DNA of 64,000 nucleotides, taken from NCBI GenBank assembly GCA_963693365.1, contig CAVNZM010000010.1, forward strand, positions 7,813,794 through 7,877,793. The letters are read 5' to 3'. The notes beneath the pieces are model-generated. The model had not been told where the DNA came from, made no database searches, and saw nothing but the letters and a program-made list of their open reading frames with translations. A program made the position numbers and the translations under genes. Of this stretch, positions 28,768 to 55,833 are shown piece after piece; within the stretch, counting starts at the first letter, position 1; each line of letters starts with the position of its first letter. Source of the DNA: Amoebidium appalachense. Taxonomy: Eukaryota; Protista; Ichthyosporea.

Positions 28768-30143
28768 ATGTAGTGTGCACGCACGACCATATCACATGCA
28801 TGTATGCTCATGAGGCTTGCTCAACTTTTTTTTATTACCATGTATACTGTGTCAGGTATTATATTGAGCCGTGTAATATGTATATAAGGATTATTTTAGA
28901 TCATAAACGAGGGGAACGGTTCATCAGCGCACATGTACATGCGAATACATGTCTTCCAAATGTTGTTCCATGTGCACGTGAATTCGAAGCTACTACAGTA
29001 CCGAGGGGTCAACCGCAAACGGTAATTATTTACGAACATAAGTAAATATATATTATTATTAATAAATGCCACTTACGGGTGACTCCCATGCCGCCTGTTA
29101 GCTGCAGTCTAACAAGACAGAGGCGTGACGGAGACATTCGGAGCTCTGGCCCAGGCAGTGCCTAACTTTGTTAGGGACACATTTTTTACCCCTTTCTGAG
29201 CTGGTGCTATTTGAGCCAACAATATTCAACAAAGGTCATGTATCGATTTTAGCGATACCTCCTCTGCCAACCAATTTACGATAATACAACACTCTCCATG
29301 CAACACCCGAGACTCCTCGCCGGGAGGAGCAAAAGGGAAGCTGCAGAGGGTGGTAATACAGCAGCCTCATGGGTCCGGTACCGGTTCATATTGAACAAAC
29401 ATAAGAGTGGCCGTGTCACACGGCATGCAGGAGCACCTAAGGAAGTGCGCATCCACATGCATGTCTACCAGAGCTGCGTGGTGCACGCTTGTTTTGCCTA
29501 ATTAAATGTCTCAGAAGCGCATGCATATACAAAGCCGAAACCACCCCGTTTGCGGTGCACATGTTGTACGCGTCGATGCATGCGCACTGCACAATTCACG
29601 GTCTAGCAAAATGAATCTCCTGACCGCCACCAACGCCATTCTTCTGGCAGCCTTGAGCCTCACAAGTGCAGCCAAGGGAAATACGTGCATGGTGAAGCAC
29701 AGACTGTAACCTAGCTAGGGTACTAATGGTGCAATGGGCCAGGCGAATACACATTAACCAATCTTAACTACTAGCGCACACTTACGTGTGTGTGTACACG
29801 TGTGTGGTACACTTGCCAGGGCAGAAGTCAGCATAACTTGACTTGGCTGAAGAGACCCAGTCGGGGGTTTACGCTGTTTACTCGAGGCAAAGAGAAACCA
29901 GTCTCAGGTATGGGGGGGTTTTTGCTCGGAATATCCCCTCATCGGTATATCATGATCACGTACATAGATGTCGGGTGATGACTATATATCAGGGTTTACT
30001 TTCTCTACGAGACACCATAAAGACTACAAAGAGAAATCAATTAGTTGGGGTTCCCCGTTTTTTGTTTTTTTTTTGTTTTTTGTAAAGGGGCTCCCCTGGG
30101 ACACTCGGTATCAGCTGGTTGTGTGTGTGTGTGTGTGTGTGCG

Positions 30144-30197
<54 letters not shown>

Positions 30198-30203
30198 CGT
30201 GCG

Positions 30204-31316
30204 CTAGAATTTTGTAGTGATGTGTTTCTCAAGCCAATCAATACATCTAATAAACAGGTCGTAGTTACGCGTGTTTAGTATAAAATCAAGGATGTTGTAA
30301 TTTACAGGTAGGCTATCTTTCTGGGTGTCTGTTGTGAATGTGACGTGTGTGTGTTGCGGTATTATGTGGTCTATCAAACTACATTTGGCGATACATGACC
30401 GGTTAAACTGGTGTGTGTGTGTGTTGTTTGGGCATGCATATGATGCCACCTTATACTTATTAGATCTCCACTGTATAGCACGTGTACAGTAAAAGCGTGG
30501 TAATTGATCAATATTACCATCAGCTAGAGAAAGACCAGTTCTACAGGAAGGTAATATGTATTTAGGTGTTATACATTTGCGAGTGCCATATTTGGCAATA
30601 TGGTTGAGGCGGTCAGTATATATAAAACGAGACATAAGGCTTAGTTTTTCCAGGTGTATGCTATCATCGGGTCTAGCGTCGTGTGGTATCTTTTTCCATT
30701 TGTTATATTGCGTGATTATCTTGTGATTGTGTACATGTTTAATAAGTAAGTGGCAGTCCAAAGTCACACACACACTTTTGCGGGGTTTATTTGTATTTGT
30801 GCCCAGGGGAGAAGGGGAGAGAGAGGGAAGGAAAGAGGGGAGAGGTGAGGAGGGGACAGGTCTGATAGAGAAGAGAGGGTGGGAGGGCAAATACTTCTTT
30901 AAGCGGCTTATGTGCTTATTGAATTTCAGCGCGAGATAGGATACTCTAGCAGCTATTGGGACCAGACCATATATCGAGAGCGTTACAGGCCCCGGTTTAC
31001 AACAGTTGTTAGATAGAAAGGAGGCAACTTCTGCTTCAAGGAAATTTGCCAAGGGTTTAAGCGCTCTAGTTCTCTCTTTCTTGATCCAAGCGGCGAGAAG
31101 GGGTAAACCATATTCACATGCCGGGAAGACAAAAGTGCGAATAAATGTAAGTCTAATAGAAGGATGGAGGGGTGTGTCTTTAAAAATATTAGCCGAGAAG
31201 AAAGCCAACCGCTTACGAGCCAACTCTACCCTCTTTTCGACCATATGGGAAAACATAACACCAACAGAATAAACCGGAACACCAAGATATTTGTATTCTG
31301 GAACTATAGTACAGGT
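30204..31316 (-). mobile_element. 5'-truncated non-LTR retrotransposon (LINE) fragment: end of RT, thumb and C-terminal Cys region
   Basis: In-frame IVPEYKYLGVP upstream of the listed ORF, then RLTFIRTFVFPACEYG and GLVPIAARV; no YADD region; ends at a (CA)n tract. Confidence 0.75.
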
Positions 31317-31778
31317 TTAGATGATAGACCCAGTCACCCAGATGCCAGCCTCGGACGACCCCCCAGTCACAGACCTTCATTGTCGCCAAAGGGCAGTTAT
31401 GAGCTTTTATGTAGGAAAATTGACATACCGGGGGTGGAGGCTCAAAAATGATATGATCATTAGTAGCATATTTATGTATGTACATATCGCTACTCAATGT
31501 AGTGCTAAAAAGCAAAAGTCTTGACAACCTTTTCAGCCTGTGACATAATATCTTAGCCGACAGTTACATGCATGATCTAAAGCTAATAGTAAAGCTTCTA
31601 AACGTCTTTAACCATTCAGACAAAGTAATACCGATTGCTTTTTGCTTATCGGACCACTCGTAGACCGCGTAACAAATCCATCAATCTCCCCTCCAACTTG
31701 GCACACGGCTGGCACACGGCTTATTCAGACAGTCGAAACGATTCTTTGCTCATTTTTGGATAGTTGTGGATATCAACC

Positions 31779-33017
31779 ATGTTGTCGTGGTTTTTCAAAC
31801 CCCAGGAAGATGCCCCTGGTATGGAGGAAAAGCAAGAGTTTGTGCGCAAGAGCCTGAAGTTTGTCATCCCGCTAGAGCATGTTTCAGAGTTGAAACAAGC
31901 ACTTGCAGAGAACCTGGGTGTGTCCCCATTTACACTCTCAACTGGGGAAGTGGTGCACTCGCAAACAACCCATAGCTGTTATTTTGACAGTGACGATTTG
32001 GTGCAGTATCATGAACGTGTGCGTAAGAGTGAAGGTGCAAAACTCGTTCGTATTCGCTGGTATGGCGACAGTTTGAAAGCTTCTGCCGTGTTTGTCGAGC
32101 GGAAAAAACATCATGATGAGGAAGCCAAGGCACGGGGAAAGGAGAGCAACAAGCGGAGGTTTGAGATGGATTTGTTGGATGTGGAGGACTACTTGGACGG
32201 TTATATGTGCCCAGACGAACCAAAGGTTGCTGCTAGCATACAGAGATTAATTCTTACGCGCAACCTGCATCCTAAGATCCACACCCAATACACACGCACA
32301 TCATACCAGAACAGCCAAGTGAAGGACCTTCGTGTTACCTTGGATGAAAACGTTACTTGCTTCAAGGAGCCCGGCGCATGGTCAGAGATGGAAGCCCGAG
32401 ACGGACGGCCGGAGGGTGTCTCTACGAAAATGCCGTTTGCCGTGTGCGAGGTTAAAGTTACCATTCCAGTGGTTAATCCACAAACGAAAGCACGTGCCCA
32501 CTTTCCCTCGTGGCTTGTCGACGCACTTAACAGCACGGGGGTAACGAAGTTGAAAATATCCAAGTTCTGTTTCGGATGCATATTTCTCATGCCCGAGGAG
32601 TGCCGTATACTCCCTTACTGGGTTGACCCACTCCGGCAGCTCTACCCTGCTCTGCGTGATCCCACTGCCCCCATCCCGAAAGCATCACTTTCACCTGAGA
32701 AGTTGACGAGAATGTTGAAAGGTCACGGGCTGGTGGCCTGTAATGGAATGGCTCGGCCAAAATTTTCAGAAGAGAAAGTCCAGGAGGGAGAAGGTGATGC
32801 GCATGGGGATGGGCATAAAGGGTTGATAGGAGTAGGTGGGGAGGGTTTGTGGGGGGGGGGGAGGGGGGAAGGGTCGAAATGTTGGCCGATGGGGTTGAAG
32901 CTGAGAAGTTTTAAGAAGGTTGTGCCGATAGGAATGAAGGACAAATATGTCAGGCTGATCACGGCAAATATCGACAGAGTATTTTGTGGCATATATTTTG
33001 CTAACTGTTGTGTGTGA
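31779..33017 (+). CDS. VTC-domain (polyphosphate polymerase, CYTH-like) protein; 3' end uncertain, possibly spliced
   Basis: FVRKSLKF, SCYFDS..L..YHERV...EGAKLVRIRWYG, VFVERKKH, YTRTSYQ, LRVTLDENV, FAVCEVKV, ISKFCFG; AACCATG start. Confidence 0.88.
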   Translation: MLSWFFKPQEDAPGMEEKQEFVRKSLKFVIPLEHVSELKQALAENLGVSPFTLSTGEVVHSQTTHSCYFDSDDLVQYHERVRKSEGAKLVRIRWYGDSLKASAVFVERKKHHDEEAKARGKESNKRRFEMDLLDVEDYLDGYMCPDEPKVAASIQRLILTRNLHPKIHTQYTRTSYQNSQVKDLRVTLDENVTCFKEPGAWSEMEARDGRPEGVSTKMPFAVCEVKVTIPVVNPQTKARAHFPSWLVDALNSTGVTKLKISKFCFGCIFLMPEECRILPYWVDPLRQLYPALRDPTAPIPKASLSPEKLTRMLKGHGLVACNGMARPKFSEEKVQEGEGDAHGDGHKGLIGVGGEGLWGGGRGEGSKCWPMGLKLRSFKKVVPIGMKDKYVRLITANIDRVFCGIYFANCCV

Positions 33018-33325
33018 ATGAACTTAATTAGGACATCTTTAGAGAATGGGGATGTTGTTGTATGACGGTCGTGCATACACGAGCATACGTAGCCCACTGG
33101 TTTTTTGCCACCCAGGGTCACACCATGATTTTTACATCTATTTAAGGCTCTGTGTATGTATATGCAAAATTTTGTTGTAACTTGCCAGTTTGCCCTCTTT
33201 TTTTTTCTTTCAATAAATTAACTTTGTTTGTTCCAAGCCACACGATTCTTTCCTGGTGTGTCCTTATCTACAATATTCAATGCCACATGTGCTACCCCTC
33301 CAACCCCCCCACCCCCCCCCCAACA

Positions 33326-33372
<47 letters not shown>

Positions 33373-33666
33373 ACGCACACACCAACACACACGCACACGT
33401 ACAACACCACAACCACCCTCCCCAACTTCCCCTTCAACCACCACCAACCGAGACCTTCCCCACCACCACGCTCCCCCCCCCCCCCCCCCCCTCCCCTCCC
33501 CCCTCTCCACACACACATGCACACACACACACACACACACACGTTTAATCGAGAAAAAATGCTAACACACGTTCGTAGATATGGATCGCGCCCATGTTCA
33601 GAAAGCGCCCCCCCCCCCCCCTCCCCCCCTTCCCCCTTCCCCCCTCCCCCCCCCCCATCCCCCCCC

Positions 33667-33735
<69 letters not shown>

Positions 33736-34594
33736 ACCCACAGCAACAACAAATAGAGCTAAGGAACGAAGATGGGCGGGGAAAAGGGGGAGGGAAGAGA
33801 GAAAGAAAGAAAGAAAGAATTCCTCAACACCCATCCCCGGCCAGGTGTAAATTCGCCAAGCATCCACAACCATAACAACAGTGGTTCACACAGCATCCCT
33901 GACCTGCTTAGTATTAATGCATGCATAATGTGTTTATAAGGATTTGTAATTGTTCATCTGAGGCTACTGCACATGATTTTCAGCCAATCCCTGCCTCCAG
34001 CGTGTTGGTCCCTTCGTTAAGGATTCTTCCCCATTCTCTCGACCAAGTATGCCTGAGCCACAAACCCTTAATTAACGCCAACTATTTGCATAGTATGAAT
34101 ACCCCCCCCCCCACTCCCCTTAACCCATCCCCAACCTGAAACATGCGCACGGCACACACACCCACGTGCACACACACCAAACACACCGTAATCTGCACTG
34201 ACATATTAGTACTGAACCTACCTAGTGGCCCACACCGCCCCACCACCAAATCTTGGACTATTCTACGGCCCAAGTTGGGCCTGTATATATGTACAACCCG
34301 GGAGTTACAGTACAATAATGTAAAATTTCACCCCTTCAGTTTTTTCCCTACACCATCACAACCACCGTTAAGCATATGGACATGTAATCATTGATTTGCG
34401 CGATCGTGCAAGTGGATCCGAACATGTGCAACCTAAAATACAAGAATCGGGCATAACGTATTACATCAAATAGGAATAGTTGCACATATTATCTCAACTT
34501 GAACTTTAGTGTAAGTCGACGAAATGTAAACCTATGATGCAATACTTTGGAAACTTTGGTCTTATCACATGTTGATTCGAGCGTGGGTGATGGC

Positions 34595-49152
<14,558 letters not shown>

Positions 49153-49525
49153 CGTAAGTCTGGGGGGGTGGGGTGTTTTTTTTTTTTTTTTTGGGGGGGG
49201 GGGGGGGGGGGGAGGGGAGGGGGAGGGGGGAGGAGGGAGGAGGGGGGGGGGGGGAGGGGGGAGGAATGGAGAGGGGGAGAGGGGGGGGAAGGAAGGATGA
49301 TTGAGAGAGTGAATGGTGGGTGGATGGGTGGTGGGTAGGGAGGGTGTGGGTTGAAATGACCTAAGATTAGCACATGACTGTTGTGCGTTAAATCCACGGC
49401 CACTCTTGGACGCATTTGTTAGCTCTTGAATTCGGAAAAATAGAAACAAACCAGAAACTGTGTTAAAAACAAGAGAAGGTAGAGTTTTGATTTAGGTTTA
49501 GGTTATTAATCCTTTTTTTTTTTTT

Positions 49526-49570
<45 letters not shown>

Positions 49571-50509
49571 GGGAGGAGACTGAGATGCATCCATTTTTTT
49601 CAAATTCATAGAGCAAGCGAGGAAAAAAAAATAGTGTTAAAAAATAAAAAAAAAAAAAAAAAAAATAAAAACCAACGAGGCGGAATTATAAGGGAAAAGT
49701 AGAAAGGAAGGTCTGCAAATCGAGTTTAATGGACTTTTCACATGCATGCACACTTCTGCAGCTGAAGGTCTCTTATTCTTAGCACGGCTTTTCCCAAAGC
49801 CCTCACAAAATATTTTCCAGCACACCCATAACCCCTCTGCGAGCTTTCATTTGTCCAAATTTTGCGACTAGTTTTCCAAATATATCGTTAGTAGGCCATA
49901 CAAAGTCACTCTCCGCCTTTTTTATCTGAAACTTTACTTTTCCTTACATTACTGTTTCACTGACGTTTCTCCCCGACCACGGAAAAGTGGCAGTGTAGGT
50001 TTAGAGGCCATGTAAACCAGAGAAATGTGGAACAACCCCTCTTGCAAGCCTCTGAGCTTCAAATCACCCCCCCCCCCCCCCCCCCCGGCCCTGGCCCTCC
50101 TGCCCCTTTCACCTCTTGCCGCTAACAGCCACAAACACACCTTCTTTTTCACTTCTGTTTCGGTCGAAGCAACCACAAACATTGCCAAAGTAAGCACCAG
50201 CCAAGCAACCAACATCAAACTTCTGGGCTCAGGAAAAAGAAACTTCGCACAGGGTACCTTGGAGCTGAAGCGTGTTTGACAAAACGTAAACGTTTCGGTA
50301 CAGACACTTGGACATGACGTTGCTAAGCTTAACGTGGGCCCCGGGTACTAAGGCTTTGGTGTTCGTGTCAAACTATTTTTTCGTGTAACCCTGAAGTTTC
50401 GCGGTGGGCCCCAGCGTGTTCTTGGGATCCCGGGAGCCTGTTCTGGGGCTTTGGCCTTTGGGCCGCTGCGAAGGGAATCTGTGGTATGCATTTAGATCGC
50501 ATAAGCTCA

Positions 50510-50575
50510 TGTTGATTGGTGGGTGCCCTACTAGCCAATCAACAAATTCCACAAATTTTAGTTGCAGCCAATCAC
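50510..50575. promoter_or_regulatory. Cluster of three CCAAT boxes next to a CpG-rich stretch; candidate unk promoter
   Basis: GATTGG, AGCCAATC and CAGCCAATCA within 60 bp, about 1.4 kb upstream of the unk ATG; function inferred. Confidence 0.35.
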
Positions 50576-50917
50576 AGAAGTCCTGGTGTCCATATATGGT
50601 GTATGTAAACAAACACGTCACACGATCGCGCCGGCCTGCGGCACCCGGTGATTTCGGGGCCCCCAGCCAGCAAAACCGCGTTCCACATTACGGTCGCCCG
50701 TCACCCTCCTCACTCGGCGGGCATTTTGCTGCGATTTTCCAACCAGACGTGCACGACCGTCGTAGAGTCGCCAAGGAAGAATGTTCACACAAGCACATAT
50801 GTAACGAGGACGAACGTGAACACCAAATGCACAGCACACACATGCACATTCTTTTATTCCTATAGTTGTACCCATGGCCACCCATGGCAACCCACTGCGA
50901 TTGTGCGCGTGCGCGCG

Positions 50918-50982
<65 letters not shown>

Positions 50983-51887
50983 GTGTACACACACAATCAC
51001 ACGCACACACACGCACACACACACACAAGTACAACCCCGTTGGCGCGCCCGCACACACACACATAGACACACACTTGCACGCACACCGCACACACACGCA
51101 AAAACAAAAAACCACACACACACACACTTACACCGTGCACACACACGCACGCAGACCAGATGGACCAAGCATAAACATAATTATAAGCAAGAACGAATAC
51201 ACGCTCGCACGCTCGCACGCACGCACACACAAACACACGCACGCACGAACGCAAGGAAAATGCACGCACGCACTCGAGGCATGCACGTGCACGCACGCAC
51301 ACACACACGCACGCACTATTAGTTAGTGTTCTAGGCGACGATGGAGCTTCCACTCTACGTATACCATGAGTCACATTGGACATATGCGTCGCTCCAGCTA
51401 GTAATGTGGCTCGCTGCTCTCAATAAATACAACCGCTTTACTGAAACCAACAATGCCGGAATTTTGCTTAAATTTTCTAGACTGAACAATCCTTTGCAGG
51501 CTAAAGGGTTAGATTTGCGCTTTGGCGAGGGGCTGCATGTGCGTGGGCGGGGGGAGGGGGGGGGGGGGGGGGGGGGGGGGAGGGGAGGGAAGGGGAGGGG
51601 GGGGAGGGGGAGGGGATGAGGGGAGTTCTGGTACTGTGCTTGGCATGGGGGGCCCGGGGGGAAAGGGGGAAGAGGGGGGGAAGTGGTTGTTTGTCTTTTT
51701 TCGAGGGAGGAGAAGGCTAGGTAGGTGGAAGGAGGCCGGGGAGAGTAGGTGAGCGGTGCGGGGGATTGGTGAGAGAGAGGTTGATGAGTTTCAAAGTTTG
51801 GCTGCTAATTTTTCCCTTTTCCTTGAATAGTCCTTTTTTGGTCGAGGTGGGACGGGCAGGGGGAAGGGGGAGAAGGGGGTGGGGGAA

Positions 51888-51919
<32 letters not shown>

Positions 51920-52435
51920 CTCTGAAGGCTGCAGCTCGCGAATGGGGGGTGAAGCCTAACACTGTTCCCCCCCGTGGCCTCCATTCTCATAGCTGTGTCA
52001 ATAATATATTGCCACACCTGAGCATGCCCTTTCCATGTACCATTATTATTCAAAGCATGCATGTAGCTAAGAAGAAAAACCTTCCAGCCCACCTCCCAGC
52101 CCCCATGCTGATCAGCCTAGAGACACGTCTCTTCCACCCTGAACCCCTCCCCCCCCCCTCTCCCCCCACCCCCTAGGCCTGTCCCCGCCCACCTCCCACC
52201 TCCCCCCTACCCGACCCATCAAATGTGAAAAAGCTTCTGGCGAGTGTCCACCTCCTACAACATCATCCACACGACTCTTTTTCTGAATCCACACAGCAAC
52301 TTGTAAACGTGAAAGCATCGCACACCTAACTCTTGCAAGATGATTATTCTTCTGCTGTAGCTCTTCCGCACTGCTAGCGCTGCTACACATTAGGGAGGAT
52401 TTTTTAGAAACACTGCATTGGATGCATCATAGTTG

Positions 52436-52725
52436 TAGAGAAAGAGAGGGAGAGAGAGAGCTGAGAGAGAGAGAGAGAAGAGAGGGGGGGGGGGGTGGAG
52501 AGAGAGAGAGGGGGAGGGAGGGAGGGAGGGAGGGAGGGAGAGGGAGAGAGAGGGAGAGAGAGAGAGAGAGAGAGCCGGTGACAGAGAGAAACTTTAGAGG
52601 GGAGAGCTCGAGAGAGAGACCTAGAGCCGGAGACAGCTGAGAGAGACTTTAGAGGGAGAGAGCTGAGAGAGGGGGGGGGGGGGGGGGGGAGAGAGAGAGA
52701 GAGAGAGAGAGAGGGAGGAGGGAAG

Positions 52726-52816
<91 letters not shown>

Positions 52817-52856
52817 AGAGAGAGAGAGATAGAGAGACAGACAGAGAGAGAGAGAG

Positions 52857-52937
<81 letters not shown>
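52436..52937. repeat. (GA)n polypurine microsatellite region
   Basis: Long AG dinucleotide runs with a short internal duplication ACTTTAGAGGG. Confidence 0.9.
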
Positions 52938-52942
<5 letters not shown>

Positions 52943-55402
52943 ATTATGCTTGGAAGCACCGACGTGATCCCTGACCCTGCTACAACCAGAGGTCATCCCG
53001 TGGCCCTGGTCAGTCCAGAACATGATGCACATGCACGCACACCGTCACGACGGTCCGGGCGGCCCCACGTGCCCGCGGCTTTCACTGCCGTTCGCAGATG
53101 GCATGACTGCATGATCATCAGCAGGGAGGGTAGGGCTCGAGCTCGGGAGTCACCACCGAGTAAACGAGATCTTCGCCTCGCTCGATCTCACAGAGCAAAC
53201 GCACTAGCGACAGCGTGCATCTTCCGCTCATTTTTCAGAGGTAAAATCATGAGTTAGTCTATAGAAGCTGTTTTTTTTTATTGAAAACGAAGCAAAACAA
53301 AACGGTTTATGAATCCATTTCTTCACACGAGTCCTCCTGTTTCCCGATGCCCCATCATGCCCTATGGGCAGACGTCGCGATCGCAGCGCGCCTGATATGA
53401 ATCATTTGGAATGATGCTCTGTACGGCATGCACAGCACCCTGATTGGTTGTCTTGGTGATGGAAAAGTGCGGGGCAAATGTGAGCGAACATGTGATGTGG
53501 GCAAAGATGTATAGCTGGTCACAAGTAAAACAGTTTTAGTCTGTGGAAAGATATTTCGCGTGGATGGGCGAAAATATTGCACATGTATAGTGTGCAAAAC
53601 GTGCATAGAGGAGAATGCTGATCATTTCTGGCTCACATGATCTCAAGTTGAGTCAAGGCCCGGGAAGCCTTGATCAGATTGGACCTTTACGTAAAACGGT
53701 CGTGATTGGCTGTGCCAGTGTGTGCAATTTTTACACTCCACTCTGGAATGCATTCCAACGCTTGAGAGCAACATTGCAGAGAGGCTCTGAAATCCTTACC
53801 CATGGATGGCATGGACCCCGTGGACTCATACAGGCGGAAATATTAGTGACATTGTTTTTTTGACATTGGTAGAAGACAATGTGGGTGTAGATGTGAGCAC
53901 TATAGTTATAAATAGCTTTTTTATAGGTAAAGAAATTTAGAAATTGCATGATTATTTAAATATTTTCAGACATAAAATAAACAAGTTTGGGTGCAATGCT
54001 AGGATTCACCTGACGACGACTCACTGACGACCCTGATTATTTTTCAAAACATATATAAGAAATATGTATATATTTATATGTATATTTTCTTTTTAAAGAA
54101 AGATTGTTCGCTGCATGATACAGGGAGATTTTCTGAGGACCCGGAAGGTCGTGCGTGCGCGTACATGCGCATCATCGTCTTTTCCGAACTGAGTGTCACT
54201 TCAGGCTCAGGCCGGCAGGTTCGGAAAAGACCGTTTGAAACTTGAACGTATGTTAGTAATAATAATTCAGAGGTAGCTACTTAGGGTGGGATACGTTGAA
54301 TGCATCATATGTAGCCATAATACAGTAGAGCATGGAATAGATGTTATATAAGCAGTGGCAAATGTGCCTTGGTTATGTCATACGTACGTAAATAAATGTC
54401 TGCTAGCCTACATATATACACACAGGACAGTGAAGAACACGTCCAGTTGCAATCGATTATGTTTGTGGGTGCCACCCTGCTTTTAGTAGTATCCTCTTCT
54501 ATTATAAGGGTATCATTAGGCACACGAAGAAGCAAGGCCCGGGCATTATATAGCAGATAAGTGCATACTTAGTCTATCGAATCATTCAGCATTGTTCCTC
54601 AGCAGTCCGTGCTCATGATCAATACCGTGGCATAGCATCGCCGCCAAGTCCTTTCAATCACCTATGCATGTACCGTTTGTTTACTGCTAGCTGATGCCAC
54701 AAGTAGCTGCAGGCCCATGGAATCAGACGAAGCTCAACATGCATGGTTACACGCTGTGTATAGGAAACCATGAGGCAGCCTGTAGACCTTGCCCGCAGTC
54801 CACAGGTGCGTGTGGGTGGGTCATAGGGGGTGTTAACATAGAAGTTCGTTATTCAACGGTTTGGCATATGTCAGCAGGTCTTAGAGCATATACACAGTGT
54901 CGTTTAAGGTGTTCTATAAAGATGAAAAGAGGGAGACATGGGCAGGGGCACAAACAGGTGGCCACAAAAAAAAGTTGCATACACATCATACAGAAACCTT
55001 GTGCTAGCTCACCAGATCTAGAGAGAAAACTCGTTACATAACAGAGTTTTGCCAAGTGTGGTGCTCGAGCGCGAACACAGACACTTGGCAGGAGGAATCT
55101 CTGCTCTACATACACCCAAATAAACCCGCCAGTTTACAGAAACGAACCTTAGGCTTTGCATCTCAGGTTGGATTTGTAAGGATCTGTGCTGTCCTAGTAG
55201 TAGCTCAGATTCAACAACACGTTCATATGCCCACCCCTACAACAATCACTTATGTTTTCATAAGGTGGCTGCCAAAGAGTGTGTCGGGTTTATTTTTTTT
55301 CTCCGTTTAGCAATTGTTCACACGGTGACTGTTACGCTGCGATGCTGACCTTCTTGATAATGGTAGTGTGGTGAAGGGGAGGGAATGGGGAGCACTGGGG
55401 CT

Positions 55403-55434
<32 letters not shown>

Positions 55435-55833
55435 AAGTGAAAGAAAAAAGGAACGAAATCATATTCAAGTGAGATGATGCAGGGTCAGACGTCCACCGTT
55501 TACCTAGCCAAAAGCACTCGGTGACTTTATAAGGAAAGAGGGTCCAAAGGTTGAAATCTCAACTATTTGCGCTACCACAACCTCCTTTTTGAAGCTGCAT
55601 TCTTTACTGATGTCAGTGCACATCTTCATATATGTAGCGATGCCAGAGTCCCGTTTCTTTTTCTCACCGAAAGTGTCCGACCTACCCTCCCATTCCCCTT
55701 TTACCCAGTCTAGTATTCTCAAACATCTTTACCTAACGTGCAGAATGTGTTTATCGGAATCATGTAGCCAACTGCTTTGCCTACCTGCACCTTTGACTTT
55801 GGCTTGCTTGTTAATAACCCCCGACACACGCAG

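Larger units (their letters stand above)
1..28770. mobile_element. Endogenous Polinton/Maverick-like (adintovirus/PLV-type) DNA virus; left end outside the window, right boundary approximate
   Basis: pPolB, RVE integrase, A32-type ATPase, major and minor capsid and fibre genes co-occur in an intronless, tightly packed block; host-like low-complexity DNA begins after about 28.8 kb. TIR and TSD cannot be checked because only one end is present. Membership of 1-4170 is inferred from composition and a shared motif. Confidence 0.9.

Noticed and set aside
28450-29100. Exact right terminus, TIR and target-site duplication of the element
   Set aside because: No unambiguous terminal motif, and the partner end is outside the window
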